Origin: Lama guanicoe
Taxonomy: Eukaryota
Direction: 5' to 3'
Assembly: GCA_013239625.1 (NCBI GenBank)
Contig: MU053209.1
Location: forward strand, 10,482-74,481
Length of the DNA: 64,000 nucleotides
Part shown: positions 12,661 through 24,680 of the stretch, piece by piece
Layout: the number at the start of each line of letters is the position of its first letter
Numbering within the stretch: the first letter of the stretch is position 1
Position numbers and translations under genes: made by a program
Notes under the pieces: model-generated
What the model saw: only the letters and a program-made list of their open reading frames with translations
The model's database searches: none
Told to the model about the DNA's origin: nothing

Positions 12661-13065
12661 TAGTTGTAATTTCTTATGCCTAGGAAGGGCCTGGAAAATG
12701 TCCAGAGGCCAAGATGCGTGATAAATTCCCAGAACATTTATAAACCTCCAAATCTGGCTGCTATTCGACTCCAGGGCAATTTCTGATGTTAGTCCCCACC
12801 TGTGGTTTAGGATATCTAACGGCCACTGCCTCTCACAGAACAGATTGCTGAAAACATGGGTCATCCAATAAATGTCTTTATGAAGCCATTTGCGCCAACA
12901 CACGTTTACAAGCTATTTCACGAACTGATTTTTTTTAAAGCTGAGGGATACTGTCCTGGAAATAATATAAGTACGTGTGCTTCTGTTTACATCATAAACT
13001 CCACCACTGCTCTCCCTCCCTAAAGCCAGGTCCCCACATTGCCCTCCTCACCGAAAATGAACACC

Positions 13066-13557
13066 NNNNNNNNNNNNNNNNNNNNNNNNNNNNNNNNNNN
13101 NNNNNNNNNNNNNNNNNNNNNNNNNNNNNNNNNNNNNNNNNNNNNNNNNNNNNNNNNNNNNNNNNNNNNNNNNNNNNNNNNNNNNNNNNNNNNNNNNNNN
13201 NNNNNNNNNNNNNNNNNNNNNNNNNNNNNNNNNNNNNNNNNNNNNNNNNNNNNNNNNNNNNNNNNNNNNNNNNNNNNNNNNNNNNNNNNNNNNNNNNNNN
13301 NNNNNNNNNNNNNNNNNNNNNNNNNNNNNNNNNNNNNNNNNNNNNNNNNNNNNNNNNNNNNNNNNNNNNNNNNNNNNNNNNNNNNNNNNNNNNNNNNNNN
13401 NNNNNNNNNNNNNNNNNNNNNNNNNNNNNNNNNNNNNNNNNNNNNNNNNNNNNNNNNNNNNNNNNNNNNNNNNNNNNNNNNNNNNNNNNNNNNNNNNNNN
13501 NNNNNNNNNNNNNNNNNNNNNNNNNNNNNNNNNNNNNNNNNNNNNNNNNNNNNNNNN
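13066..13557. other. Assembly gap (492 N)
   Basis: Run of N. Confidence 1.
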
Positions 13558-13985
13558 NTGGTTACCAAAGGGGAACAGCAGTGGAGAGATAAATTAGGAG
13601 CCTGGGATTAACATCTACAAATTATTATATATAAGAGAGATGAACAACAAGGTCCTGCTGTGTAGCAGAGGGAACTGTATTCCGTATCCTGTGATAACCT
13701 GTAACAGAAAAGAACCTGAACAAGAATATAAATATGTGTGTAACTGAATCGCTTTGCCACATACCTGAAACTAACACAACGCTGTAAACAGACTATACTT
13801 CAGTTAAAAAAATAAAATGAAAAAAGAAAACAAGCAAACCAAAATAAATTGTAGGGCAAAAAAAGCTTAAGAAAATCCTGAAAGCGTACATGGAAACTCA
13901 TTGTGAAGCTCTTAAAGCCTTCTACTACAGGGTTTCTAAATTAGTGAAGACGTGTTTGTAAGGGTAAGGATCTAGAAAGGAAAGC

Positions 13986-14048
13986 TCTTTCTTTCTTTCT
14001 TCTTTTCTTCCTTCCTTCCTTCCTTCCCTTCTTCCTTCCTTCCTTTTT
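13986..14048 (+). repeat. (CTTT)n/(CTTC)n microsatellite
   Basis: Visible pyrimidine tetranucleotide tract. Confidence 0.9.
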
Positions 14049-14094
14049 TGTCTCCTTTCTTACTGCATGGAATAATCACTGTATAGACATGATC

Positions 14095-14575
14095 TAGCCA
14101 GAAAAAAATAAAATAATGCCATGTGCAGCAACATGAATGGACCTGGAGATGATCATGCTAAGAAAATTGTCAGACAGAGAAAAACAAATATATGATTTTA
14201 CTTATATGTGGAAGCTAAAAAAAATTATACAAATCAACTTATTGACAAAAGAGAAACAGACTCACAGGCATAGAAAACAACCTTCTGGTTACCAAAGGGG
14301 AACAGCAGTGGAGAGATAAATTAGGAGTCTGGGATTAACATCTACAAATTATTATATATAAGATAGATGAACAACAAGGTCCTGCTGTGTAGCAGAGGGA
14401 ACTATATTCCGTATCCTGTGATAACCTATAACAGAAAAGAACCTGAACAAGAATATAAATATGTATGTAACTGAATCACTTTGCCATATACCTGAAACTA
14501 ACACAACACTGTAAACAGACTATACTTCAGTTAAAAAAATAAAATGAAAAAACAAAACAAACAAACCAAAATAAA
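14095..14575 (+). mobile_element. Cetartiodactyl-type L1 3' end
   Basis: 'aataatgccatgtgcagcaacatgaatggacctggagat...aaacagactcacaggcatagaaaacaa...ggttaccaaagggga' plus A-rich tail. Confidence 0.9.
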
Positions 14576-14689
14576 TTGTAGGGCAAAAAAAGCTTAAGAA
14601 AATCCTGAAAGCGTACATGGAAACTCATTGTGAAGCTCTTAAAGCCTTCTACTACAGGGTTTCTTTAGTTATTTAGAAAGATTTTTGGA

Positions 14690-15210
14690 ATGTACACACA
14701 ATATTTGCAAAGTATTGAGGGGAATATACAAATGTATAAATCTCGGTTCTTAAGTCTTAGCCTTTATTGAATTCACGATTAGTGGTGGATGGAGTACGTT
14801 GAGAAACTGACATCTATGCGATGAATAACGCCATGTCAGCAGTCGATTCATAAGGGGAAGAGATCAGTTCTGACTGTGGTCATGGAGGTGAACCGAAGCT
14901 CCCAGGATAAATGAGTATTTGCCAGGCAGAAAAATCGGGGAAGATGAAGCGGTTCTGAGAAAACGTTTCAGAAACTATGATGGATGAGATTGTCAAACAC
15001 AAATAAGATCTTCACTATGAGTATAGCAGGATGGGTTCTAAGGACTAAGTTAAGGGATTGGGGAGGGATTAGGAAGTGTTGCTTGAGAGGCTGGCTGAAG
15101 CTAGTTGGGAAAGTACTTTGAATTCTACATCTTAAGCACGTGCTAATGAGAAAAATGACTGGATGCTTAGACACACACTACGTTTACTCTGACAGCATTT
15201 TCATGTTTTT
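14690..15210 (-). mobile_element. Degraded L2 fragment
   Basis: Purine-rich, antisense-L2-like sequence ('ggataaatgagtatttgccaggcagaaa'). Confidence 0.45.
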
Positions 15211-16202
15211 AAAGATCAAGCCTAATGCTTGTAATAACATCAACACTGATCAATCTCTATTACAATGGGATAAGCCATTTCATATATTTCATCTATCCTT
15301 CTTAAACAATGTCCTATAAATACTTAACATTTATTTTAAGCATCACTTTGATTTTTTTTCTCAGTTTCACATTTCACTGTTTATAGCTTCACCATTCCAA
15401 GCGTGTATGTGTGTGTGTGTGAGAGAGAGAGACGTGTAATGGTTCAGGGTAAAAATATTGCAGGACTTGTTTTTTAAAATGAGAAGTTTTGGTCCCTGTT
15501 AATTTTACTTTATATCAAAGACAGAGGCCAATACTATTCATTATGATGGCAGTGGTGTTTTTACACTAATTAACCAATGAGAAAAACATGCCAAGTGACT
15601 TGCAGACGTCCTCAGAGTGTTTCTATGACCAGATCTCACATGTTCTACCATTCACTTTATTCCTCACCAGTCTTTTTACTGCTTTGCACAAGAGGTCATA
15701 CCTTTTTCCATCAGAAACAAAGACAGTACAAAGGGTCAAGCAGTGAATTCAAAATACCCTTGACTGTAAAAATGAAACTATCAAAATATTTTGCTACAAA
15801 GTGATCCTATCATAGTTGCTTAAAATGGAAAATGCCATTTAAAATTTTAAGAAAGCTAGTTGATAGCATTGTGGGCAAAAGCATGTCACACAGAGGGACT
15901 GAAAACAGGAACTAGTAAGACAGTGATGACAGCTAAAACTGGTGATACTGAATTGTCCTTAGGGAGTAAAGCCACATGTCTGAGGGAGACGGAATGTGAG
16001 GGGAAGAAAAGCAAAAATGAGTCTAGCAGTATATTATTAGAGGATGGTAATGCACAAGAGGAATCATTGTTTTTCAAGTGGCTCAAAGCTATAAAAGCAA
16101 AATTCCAATTAAATATAACCTGACAATGGAAAATAAAATGAGTTTTATCTAGATAGCAATTAAAGGTGTATGTTTTATATTGTTCCCAAGATTCTTAGAT
16201 AT

Positions 16203-16756
16203 GGCCATGGGAGACAGGAGGGGAGAGAGCAGGGCACAGCCTTTGAAAGGATGGCACAGCAACTGAAGATTCCACTCCCAACAGACCGTGAGTCCCAAGA
16301 CGGTGGAAGATCTGACTCCTCCTAGGAGACCTTGAGCCTCCTTGTATGCTCACTGTAATGTGTCAGCATGCTAAATGAAGCTCACAGGTGCCATGACAGC
16401 TCCAAGGCTGATCCTAAAAGGCCAAGAGGTGGGCGATGGCCCAGTTCCCGGGAATCTTTGCCTCTACCTCAAAATAGCTGGAATTATTCTTTTACTTATT
16501 AGCATATGAAATTACTGAGCCCAGAAAACTACCCACCCCACATCTCGTAGTCACTCTCTCTTGCCTTCTGACACTGTCCACATTCTGTCTACAGAATGTG
16601 CATCTCTCTGAATAAATCTGCTTTTACTCAACTATGGCATGCTTTTGAATTCTTTCCTTGGCTAAACCATGGACCCTCACTTGGCAGGGCACATCCCGTG
16701 GACTCACCGGAGACATGGGCCATAGCCATCCTCTCGTCCCCCATTTTCCTGTGTCA
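16203..16756 (+). mobile_element. Solo ERV1 LTR, MER41-like
   Basis: ~550 bp ending ..TGTCA with AATAAA at 16611. 'gccatgacag', 'cagttcccgggaat' and 'ttagcatat' correspond to recalled MER41 motifs; 'ttgaattctttcct' lies in the U5-like part. Confidence 0.75.
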
Positions 16757-19439
16757 TGTGGACTGGTATTTCCATGATTACTATGGCTTCTGACTTTATG
16801 ATTCTGATTTCTTGTAACTTCCCATCCCAACTAAGCCTCATGTGCTTATGATTTCTCTCTGTGTTTAAAGCTCGGTCATTTGTCCATTCCACATGCACAC
16901 ATTTATACACGCATAGCCTGAGACGGGGAGGGGTTCTACATCAGTGATTTAAGGAACTGTGTGTTAAGCATCCCTTCTTACAATTTCTTCGGTTACATCA
17001 CTGACCCTAGAAATTCCTAACGCCGTCCTTCCCATAGGTGTCAGCTTCTCCCCAATTCCTATTCATTTGTAATGGAAATGGCGTTACCATCCCTTTGCAT
17101 CTCCCTCCACCCATGACTAAAGTAGTGCTCTATCGTATGATGCCAAACATGAACTTTCCCTAAACATGACAGTTCTCTTCCTAAGAAGGATTTTTTTTTT
17201 AAATTTCGGCTGTTTAGATATATTTCCAAACTCTACTTTACACTGCTAAGCTCTGTGTTATGCCCATTTCTGCATGCCATATTTCTGCCTTAGAATTTAA
17301 TTGGGAGTCTAACCTCTGTGGGTAAAGCCAACAATATCTCCCCACACCCAGATATTGTTGTCATCATTTCACTTCATTTCAACCTGTTTTACCAAACACC
17401 TGAAGGAGTTTATTGGTGATGGCTTAAAAATTGTTCATATTCCTCCCGATAATGAATGCCATTCTAATGAGGATGTGTGAACCTGCTCTTTCCATGCGAT
17501 GCAGTCCTTTATTATTTAAAATCTTATTTATAAGTAAGTTTTTATTTATTATTCATTTGAGTGAGGATTCTGGGCAGTGGCAGTTGCTCGTCCAGACCCT
17601 ATAAAAAGGAATCCTCACAAATCTTCCCCACTAACAGAACAGAGTTGGAATTCTCAGTTCACGTGTCCTTGGAAACAAATTTGAAATAGAAAAGGTGATT
17701 TAAATCTGGCAATGCTAATGCTTAGGTCAGGACTCTGAGTTGTTTATTTGAGCTGCAATCCCAAAATGGCCCTAGGTGACCATGACTGTGAACTCATTCA
17801 AGATAAATGACCAAGTTTCAAATGGCTGTATCCATAAGGGCCAGGGTAACAGAAACTAATCATTGCCCTCTTCACAAAGAAATTAGTTGATTCATTAAAT
17901 CAGGAAACACCGCAAAGCCTTGGGAACTAGAACCTCGGGATCTATCAAATGGTACGTTGCTGAATAAATCACTTATCTGATCTATGGATCAAAAATCTAG
18001 GGCTGGTTTTATTTGACCTTCTCATTTCTCATGGGTGAGTAGTGTGAATAAATGAGATAGGGCAAAAGATTGGTTTTGAATGTATTGAAATAAACATCCT
18101 ATATCTATTCTAGGAACTATTTCAAGAGATGGATTTCAGAACCCAGACTCCTCCGTTGCCTGCTGCATGACACGCCGGAGTGTAACGTCTTGGAGTCTTC
18201 CCTTTGCCCTGGGGCAGCCCTGCCCAATATTTTTTCAGGCTGTGACACAGTTACACACTTCTCAGGGCACATTGTAAAAACAAATAGAACTTCTCAGTTG
18301 GAGTTGCCGCAACATTAAGGGAAATTGTATTTATAGACCCTCTGCCATGCAAGAGGCATCATGGAAGTCTTGTTACACCTATAATTATATTTTGCACTTT
18401 CCAAATTCTTGCAATGGTTATTCCTTCAGAACAAATCAGGGGATGGACCATTTGAATCGTCAGGCTGAATTTTCAGCTTTACCAGTTGTACTACACTCAG
18501 AAAAACCCCTTAAATTTTATGATCGGCTGTGAGGCTGAGAAGGTTCTGACGTCTGTCACATGGATGGCTACGCACTTCCTCCCCTCACCACTCAATTATT
18601 ACTTTGCATTCTTTGTCAAAGAGGCCGGTCTTCCTAAACTGTTACTGGGTCTAACTGAGAGCTGGTTAAAGTACTGGCTTGAACTTCCAAGCAGGATCCA
18701 TTTCTCAGGAATGTATTCTATCTGCAGTTCAATTCCACGTAGGCAAGTTTGCGGATAAAAATTATATCATACAAGTGTGACCTCGTGCACAGTCATTATC
18801 ACAAATATCAGAGGAAAAGCATTAGGGAGAAAACAAAGCAAAATAAAATATGGGTGAGAGAGGAAGACTGTATATACACATGAAGGTCAAAGATTACTGC
18901 TCAGAGATTCTGACCATGATTTTACGATCAAGGTCATCAGCCAGTCTGGCCCTACTACGCACAGGATCGTGGGCATGGATTTGAACATGTTTACGTGCTG
19001 CTCATCTTTCTGCCACGCAGACAAATCCAGTGTGACCAGCCAACGAAATAGTTAAGACTTTTGAAAGCTGGAAAAGTCACAGTTTTATACAGCTTGGTTT
19101 AATATAATTGGAGTTTACCATTTCTTCTTCAAACTGTGCATGTAACATGGGGCATCAAGAAAGCTTCAAGTCCTAAACGACAGTATCTCCTATTTCTGAT
19201 GAGGTTCTGGTCAGATAGGTGCTCTACTGTCCTTTGATGAAACGAGATATAGTGCATAACACAGCCTGAGCAGACGTACTCTCCTTCTTACTACTGAGCC
19301 GCTGAATCATGAAACCCGACGGCGCAGCACGGCCAGGCATCCGTTATGTGACTTGTGCTCAACGCGCTGTCCTAGCAAAGCAGAAGCTGCATGAGGTAGA
19401 ATAATGGTTTTCCAATCTGGGATTTAGTGAGCCAGGTTA

Positions 19440-19630
19440 TGCCGAATGCTCGCAGTCATTATTAAGTATATGAAGTATATCCTTCTAGAACCCCAGTGAG
19501 GCAGGCATTACTATTCCCTCTTGATGGATAAGAAAACTAGACTGCTGAGCTTGACGTCTGTTACAGCGATACAGCTTATGGAGTCAGTAGCAGAACTGCT
19601 GTTTGAAAGGCTGTGGATCTCGTTCTGGAC
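19440..19630 (-). mobile_element. MIR SINE
   Basis: 'aaccccagtgaggcaggcattactattccc...gataagaaaact' is the antisense MIR core. Confidence 0.65.
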
Positions 19631-20187
19631 CTCTATAATACATGGAAGCATTTGGAGAGCCAAGCTATACCCACAAACAAGCTACTGTTCCTAAAAAAAA
19701 ATTTCCAAAAGCATTTTTAGTCTTGTTATGTTTTCTTTGACTTATTACAGTCACTGTTTCCTATTTTATAAAATTTGGTGTGAATAACATGATTTTTTAT
19801 ATATGCACAAAGATTTTCATTAATGCTGATTGTCCATGTATCCCATTACACTGGACCTATTATGTTGTATGACATTTCTAAAATATGACAAAATATTTAT
19901 GCCAGAATTAGAGAGAGAGAGAAGTCATGATATGCATTCTAAAATATGGACTACATTTAAAATTCTAATTAGATTTTCATCAAGTTGAAGTCAATATAAT
20001 GCCATTTCTACTAATTAGATATTAATTTTAGCTAATGCAGAATCCAAATATTTTCATAGACCCATACGTGATTAGAGTTAAAACTGACATTACAAAACTA
20101 AAGTTGTTAATTGAGTCACAGTATTTAATGCTTAGAAAATGATTATTTTTTCAAATTCATTGGTTTTCTTGTTCTAACAAAATTATT

Positions 20188-21133
20188 TGGTATATGAAAA
20201 CATACTAAATACCACTAACCATCAGGGAAATGCAAATCAAAACCATGATGCAATATCACCTCACAATTTTTCAGATGGCTGTTATCAGAAAACAGCAAAA
20301 AATACTAAAAGTTGGAAGGATCTGGTGAAATCAGAACCCTGGTATACTGTGGGTGAAAACGAAAAATGGCCCAGATGCTTTGGAAAACAGTATGGAGATT
20401 CCTTGACAACTTAAAAATAGGATTACCACATGATCCAGTAATTAATCCTGCTTCTGGGTATTTATCCAAAATAACTGAAATCAAGATTGGAAAGAGATAC
20501 TCAAGGACTCAAAGACTGTTCAATGAACCCTCCCATGTTCACTGAAGTACAAGAGCCCAGATGGAAAAACAACCTCAACGTTCACTGACAAGTGAGTGGA
20601 CCAAGAAAATGCCACATATACTTGCAATGAAACACTACATGGCCTGAAGCAGTGAGCCCTGCAGTATGCAGCAACGTGATGATGTTATACTAGGTGAAAC
20701 AAGTCAGTCACAAGGGGACAAATGCCGCATGGTTCCACTTAAATGAGGCAAGTCAAGTAGCCGAACTCATAGAAGAAGAAAGTTGCCAGAGGCTTCCAGG
20801 AGGGGCAAACAGGGGAGTTGCTGTTCAGCTGGCACAGAGTTTTAGTTACACCAAAGGAGTAAGTTCTAGAGATCTCCGGAACAACATAGCGCCTGCAGTT
20901 AACGAGGTGGTATTGTGCACTGCGAAAGAGCTCACGTGAAGTGTCCTTAGACACACACACAGGAAAACAGAAACTCTGGGAGGCCTTGAATATGCCTACT
21001 ACTGTGATTATGGTAACGGTACCACAGGTACTCGCATATGTCTAAATGCTCAAATTGCACGTTAAATATGTGCATTATTTGTACATAAAACCTCCGTAAA
21101 GCTGCTTCAAGTAAATTATAAGCAAATAAATAA
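20188..21133 (+). mobile_element. L1MB-like 3' end (ORF2 C-terminus remnant + 3'UTR)
   Basis: 'catcagggaaatgcaaatcaaaacca', 'tttggaaaacagtatggagattcct', 'cttctgggtatttatccaaa', A-rich end. Confidence 0.92.
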
Positions 21134-22219
21134 GCAGAGCTCTTCCCCATCCTGATAATAAGAGCCCAGGAATGAAAAAAAAAAAAGTTGAGACATTCTA
21201 TGAAATAATGATGAAGGGTTTTACAGTGAGGAAAGATTATGCATTTACCTTTTAGGTCACGTTAAGGATTTTAACCTTTTTTGGAAGGGCATTTGGAAGC
21301 AACTGGAGAGTCTTAAGAGTGAGAAGAAAAGGAGTGACAGCAAATTTTGCCATTTGAACAAATGATCACTGTGACTGCATTAAGGAGAACTGACTGAATA
21401 GTTGCAAAAGTTGACCTGGAGAAACTTGTCCAGGGCTGATATAAGCAGAGAGGTGAGGGATGATTGGGTCCTGGAATAATAAGTAAAATGCAGAGAAGGA
21501 AATTAAATCAAGATATAGTGGTAGAATGACTAAGAGTACTGGGGATGAATTAGACGTGGGAAAAGAGGCATCCAAACAGATACTAAGTTTCTGACTTGGA
21601 CACAGGATGGATGGTGTTGCCATTCATCTAGAAAACTGACACAGAAGGAAATATACAGGTGTCGTGGGAGCGATCATGCTTGTGTTTGCTTACACTGTGT
21701 CTACAGGCACCCTGAAGCTTCCAAGAATAGAGTTTGTATGGATATAAGGGTCTAGAACTCAGAGGAGATTCAGGATTAAATGTAGAACTGTGAGTCACTG
21801 AATTTTAAGGATTAATTAAAGAGTGAAAGATATAATTTTGGAGACAGATTGTATATTGAGCGGAGAACCTAGGATCAAATCTTAAAGAATCCCAACTTGT
21901 AAGAGATAAACAGGTGAGAATGGGTCCGTAGGACAGAAGGAGAAGTAATAGCTAGACAGGAGTGAGGGTGCCAAGAGAGTGCAGTGTTACTGAAGATAAG
22001 TGAGTGCATTAACCTGAGAAGGAGGAGAAAATCAATGGATGCCGCTCAGGAGTCAAGAAAGGAGAAAAACGAATTTTTGAAAAATTTGCCTTGATGGTTA
22101 TAGTGAGATCATAAATCATCAGTCAAACTGAAGTGAATTGATCGATGAGTAAGAAATGATGAGCTCAAGACTGAACAAAGGTGACGTGTTCTGTTTTGTT
22201 TTGTTATTTGAAGGTTTTT

Positions 22220-22715
22220 GTCTTCCAGTTTTACTGAGACATAACTGACACGCAGCACGGGATCAGTTTAAGTTGTACAGCATCCCGATTTGACTTACAT
22301 ACATCGTGAAGTGATGACCACAGTAAGTTTAGTGAACATCTCATAGATAGAAAATTAAATAGAAAAAAAAGTTCCCTGTGATGAGAACCCTTAAGATTTA
22401 CTCTCTTAACTTTCATATACAACACAGAGCAGTGTTATATTTACCATGATGTACATTACATCCCTGGTCCTTATATATCTTATAACTGGAAGTTTGTACC
22501 TTCATCCGATTCCCCTTTCTCTCACCCCACCCCCCACCTCTGGTAACCACAAACTGATCTCTTTTTCTCTGAGTTTGTTTTTGATGTATAACTGACCTTC
22601 AACACTATGCTAGTTTCTGTTACACAACACAGTGATTTAATGTCTCTTTACATTTCAAAATGATCACCATAATGGTCTAGTTACCATCTGTCACCATACA
22701 AAGATACTGCCTAAC
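22220..22715 (-). mobile_element. L1MA-like (laurasiatherian-type) 3' end
   Basis: 'gtgatgagaacccttaagatttactctcttaac', 'tcttataactggaagtttgtacc', 'cctctggtaaccac'. Confidence 0.88.
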
Positions 22716-22757
22716 TCTTATTGGAAGTTTTCTTCAGAGAAAATAAGAAAGCGATGC

Positions 22758-22900
22758 GGAGGAGGGTTATAGCTCAGTGGTACAGGGTGTGCTTAGCATG
22801 CAGGAGGTCCTGGGTTCAATCCCAGTACCTCTGTTAATAAATAAATAAACAAACCTAATATACCCCATCCCCCCCCAAAAAGGAATTCTAAAAAAAAAAA
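22758..22900 (+). mobile_element. tRNA-derived SINE (camelid Vic-1 type)
   Basis: A box TAGCTCAGTGG and B box GGTTCAATCCC, then 'aataaataaataaacaaacctaat', a C-run and poly(A). Confidence 0.88.
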
Positions 22901-23164
22901 GAAGAAGAGACCGGGATTGGCAGTTTAGGGTGGGTGCTCCCGTGTTTCCTCAGAAAGGGATGTGAAAACACTCACGAGCAACGTGCAAGATTCAGTTGAG
23001 AGGCAGGAGTTAATAAACACAGAAACAGAAAAGAAGAATACTTTCCTAAGGTGGTGGGAGGGAGGGATCAAAACATAGGTGGCAGGATTGACTTTAGATG
23101 AGAAGAGGGGTTTCCCTTTTATGACGAGGTAAGAGTGAAGAAAGTGACAACCAGAAGTAGGTGG

Positions 23165-23385
23165 GTAACTGCAAATCTCCAACTCCCAGCTTAGCCCCCC
23201 CCACGCCCTTCCTTCCTCCCCCTCACCTCGTAATCTTATGTTTGTTTTCTACGTCTGTGAGTCTGTTTCTGTTTTGTTTATACTGCATAGCACAAGGAAC
23301 TATATTCAATATCTTGTGATAACCTATAATGAAAAAGAGTATGAAAAGGAATATTTGTATGTATATGTATGACTGAACCATTATG
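23165..23385. mobile_element. L1 3' fragment with inverted 5' portion
   Basis: 23165-~23277 is antisense L1 3'UTR; ~23276-23385 is the next, sense, part of the same 3'UTR. Confidence 0.85.
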
Positions 23386-24294
23386 AATGCCTGATACTTT
23401 GTAACTCACTTCTTTTTTCCCCTGCAGACAAGCACCTCTCCTTCCTAAGTAACTTTCTGTAAGTGTTGAGGGGAGCAGGATGCTGCAGCCAAGGTACTCA
23501 GGTTCTTAATAACAGCCTTTTTTTAAATCTCATAGTGTCCTTCTTACAATAAACAGGCATTTAAAAAGAGGTGAAAGTTGGTGTGAAGCTGTGTTAGGAT
23601 ATATTCAAATATAGATTTACACTGTACCAGTGACCAGGGCTCACTGCAACACCCAGAGCTGCTGAGACTATGGACCCTGCCAGCATCACTGAGTATCATG
23701 ATGCTTTCCCTCTGCATCCCTCGCTAGACACTACCTTCCAGCACTCCATCCCCAAGATAAAACATATATCTCCAAATGTCAGGTGTGTTAGGTTATATCT
23801 GAATGGGATTCACATTCTTTACCACTGGATTCCTGGATCCCATTGAAATTGTGGAAATTGTGGCAAGAAAGTGTTTAAACATTCTTGAACATTCTCTGAG
23901 CATTAAAGAGGTTTTTTTTTTTTTGCAGTAGACAATCTTATTTATATCACCTTATAAAATAAGACCATTGTTTCTAACCTAGAATAATGTTTCAAACAAT
24001 TTTAGCAATTTTATTAAATAGGATATCATTAAAGCATTAGTAGACAGATGTTGAATGCTCTGATTAATTTAATCAAATTTTTAATTTTACGTAAAGTTTT
24101 TTTCCTGTTTTTTTTTGGATTTTGTTGTTGTTGACATGCATGTGTGTTTTTGTTGTTGTTGTTGGTTTTTCATTTGGTTGTTTGTTTTTTTTGTAAGCTG
24201 ACCCTCCGGTGGCCCTGAACAGCTGAGTCAGCTCTAAGTGCTTTCACAAGCCTTTTTGTACTTTCCTTATTTTATAACAAATGCCTCAGCTCAC

Positions 24295-24680
24295 CTTTTT
24301 TTTTTCCCCTTTTCTAAAATGGCTAAAGTCACCATTTTCCTTTCACATCTGTGCCACAACTTTGATTTCGCCTCAGCACGAACACGTGGATGAGCTGCAG
24401 CAGACAGAGGGCGAACGCTCCACACCGACAGACGGAGACGAAGTCGCATCCACACGCACGGCGCTTGTTCTCAGCTCCGTCCGAGCAGAACGGAAGGAAC
24501 ATTAACTCCGGCCTCCGCGCCTCGCTGATCCTGGGCTGAAGCTCTCACACGCCGTGCCGCTTTTGAACTCCAGCAGTCTTTTCCGCTCAGGCCGGGAGAA
24601 GATTCATTCTCATGCAAGGCCCGGAACTGGCTGCCAATGAAATCCTACCCTGACAAATAAGTGGGCTGTAATATAACCTG
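24295..24680 (-). promoter_or_regulatory. CpG-rich candidate alternative promoter and first exon
   Basis: Locally CpG-dense unique sequence with CCAAT at 24635-24639 and a minus-strand donor AAG|gtgagc at 24295/24294. Confidence 0.5.

Larger units (their letters stand above)
13558..14664 (+). repeat. Direct duplication of 380 bp (13558-13937 and 14285-14664; offset 727)
   Basis: Direct comparison gives 10 substitutions and no indels. The unit covers an L1 3' end, its A-rich tail and ~100 bp of flank. Confidence 0.97.
21210..23160 (-). mobile_element. Long L2 fragment interrupted by L1 and SINE insertions
   Basis: 'aagtttctgacttgg...ggatggatggtgttgccattca' and related antisense L2 motifs. 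Resumes after ~22900. Confidence 0.7.

Noticed and set aside
12975..13611. Long ORFs of 182-205 aa
   Set aside because: Artefacts of translating through the N-gap.
22758..22835. tRNA gene
   Set aside because: A and B boxes are present, but it is followed by a SINE body and poly(A), with a second copy bearing TSDs; it is a SINE head.
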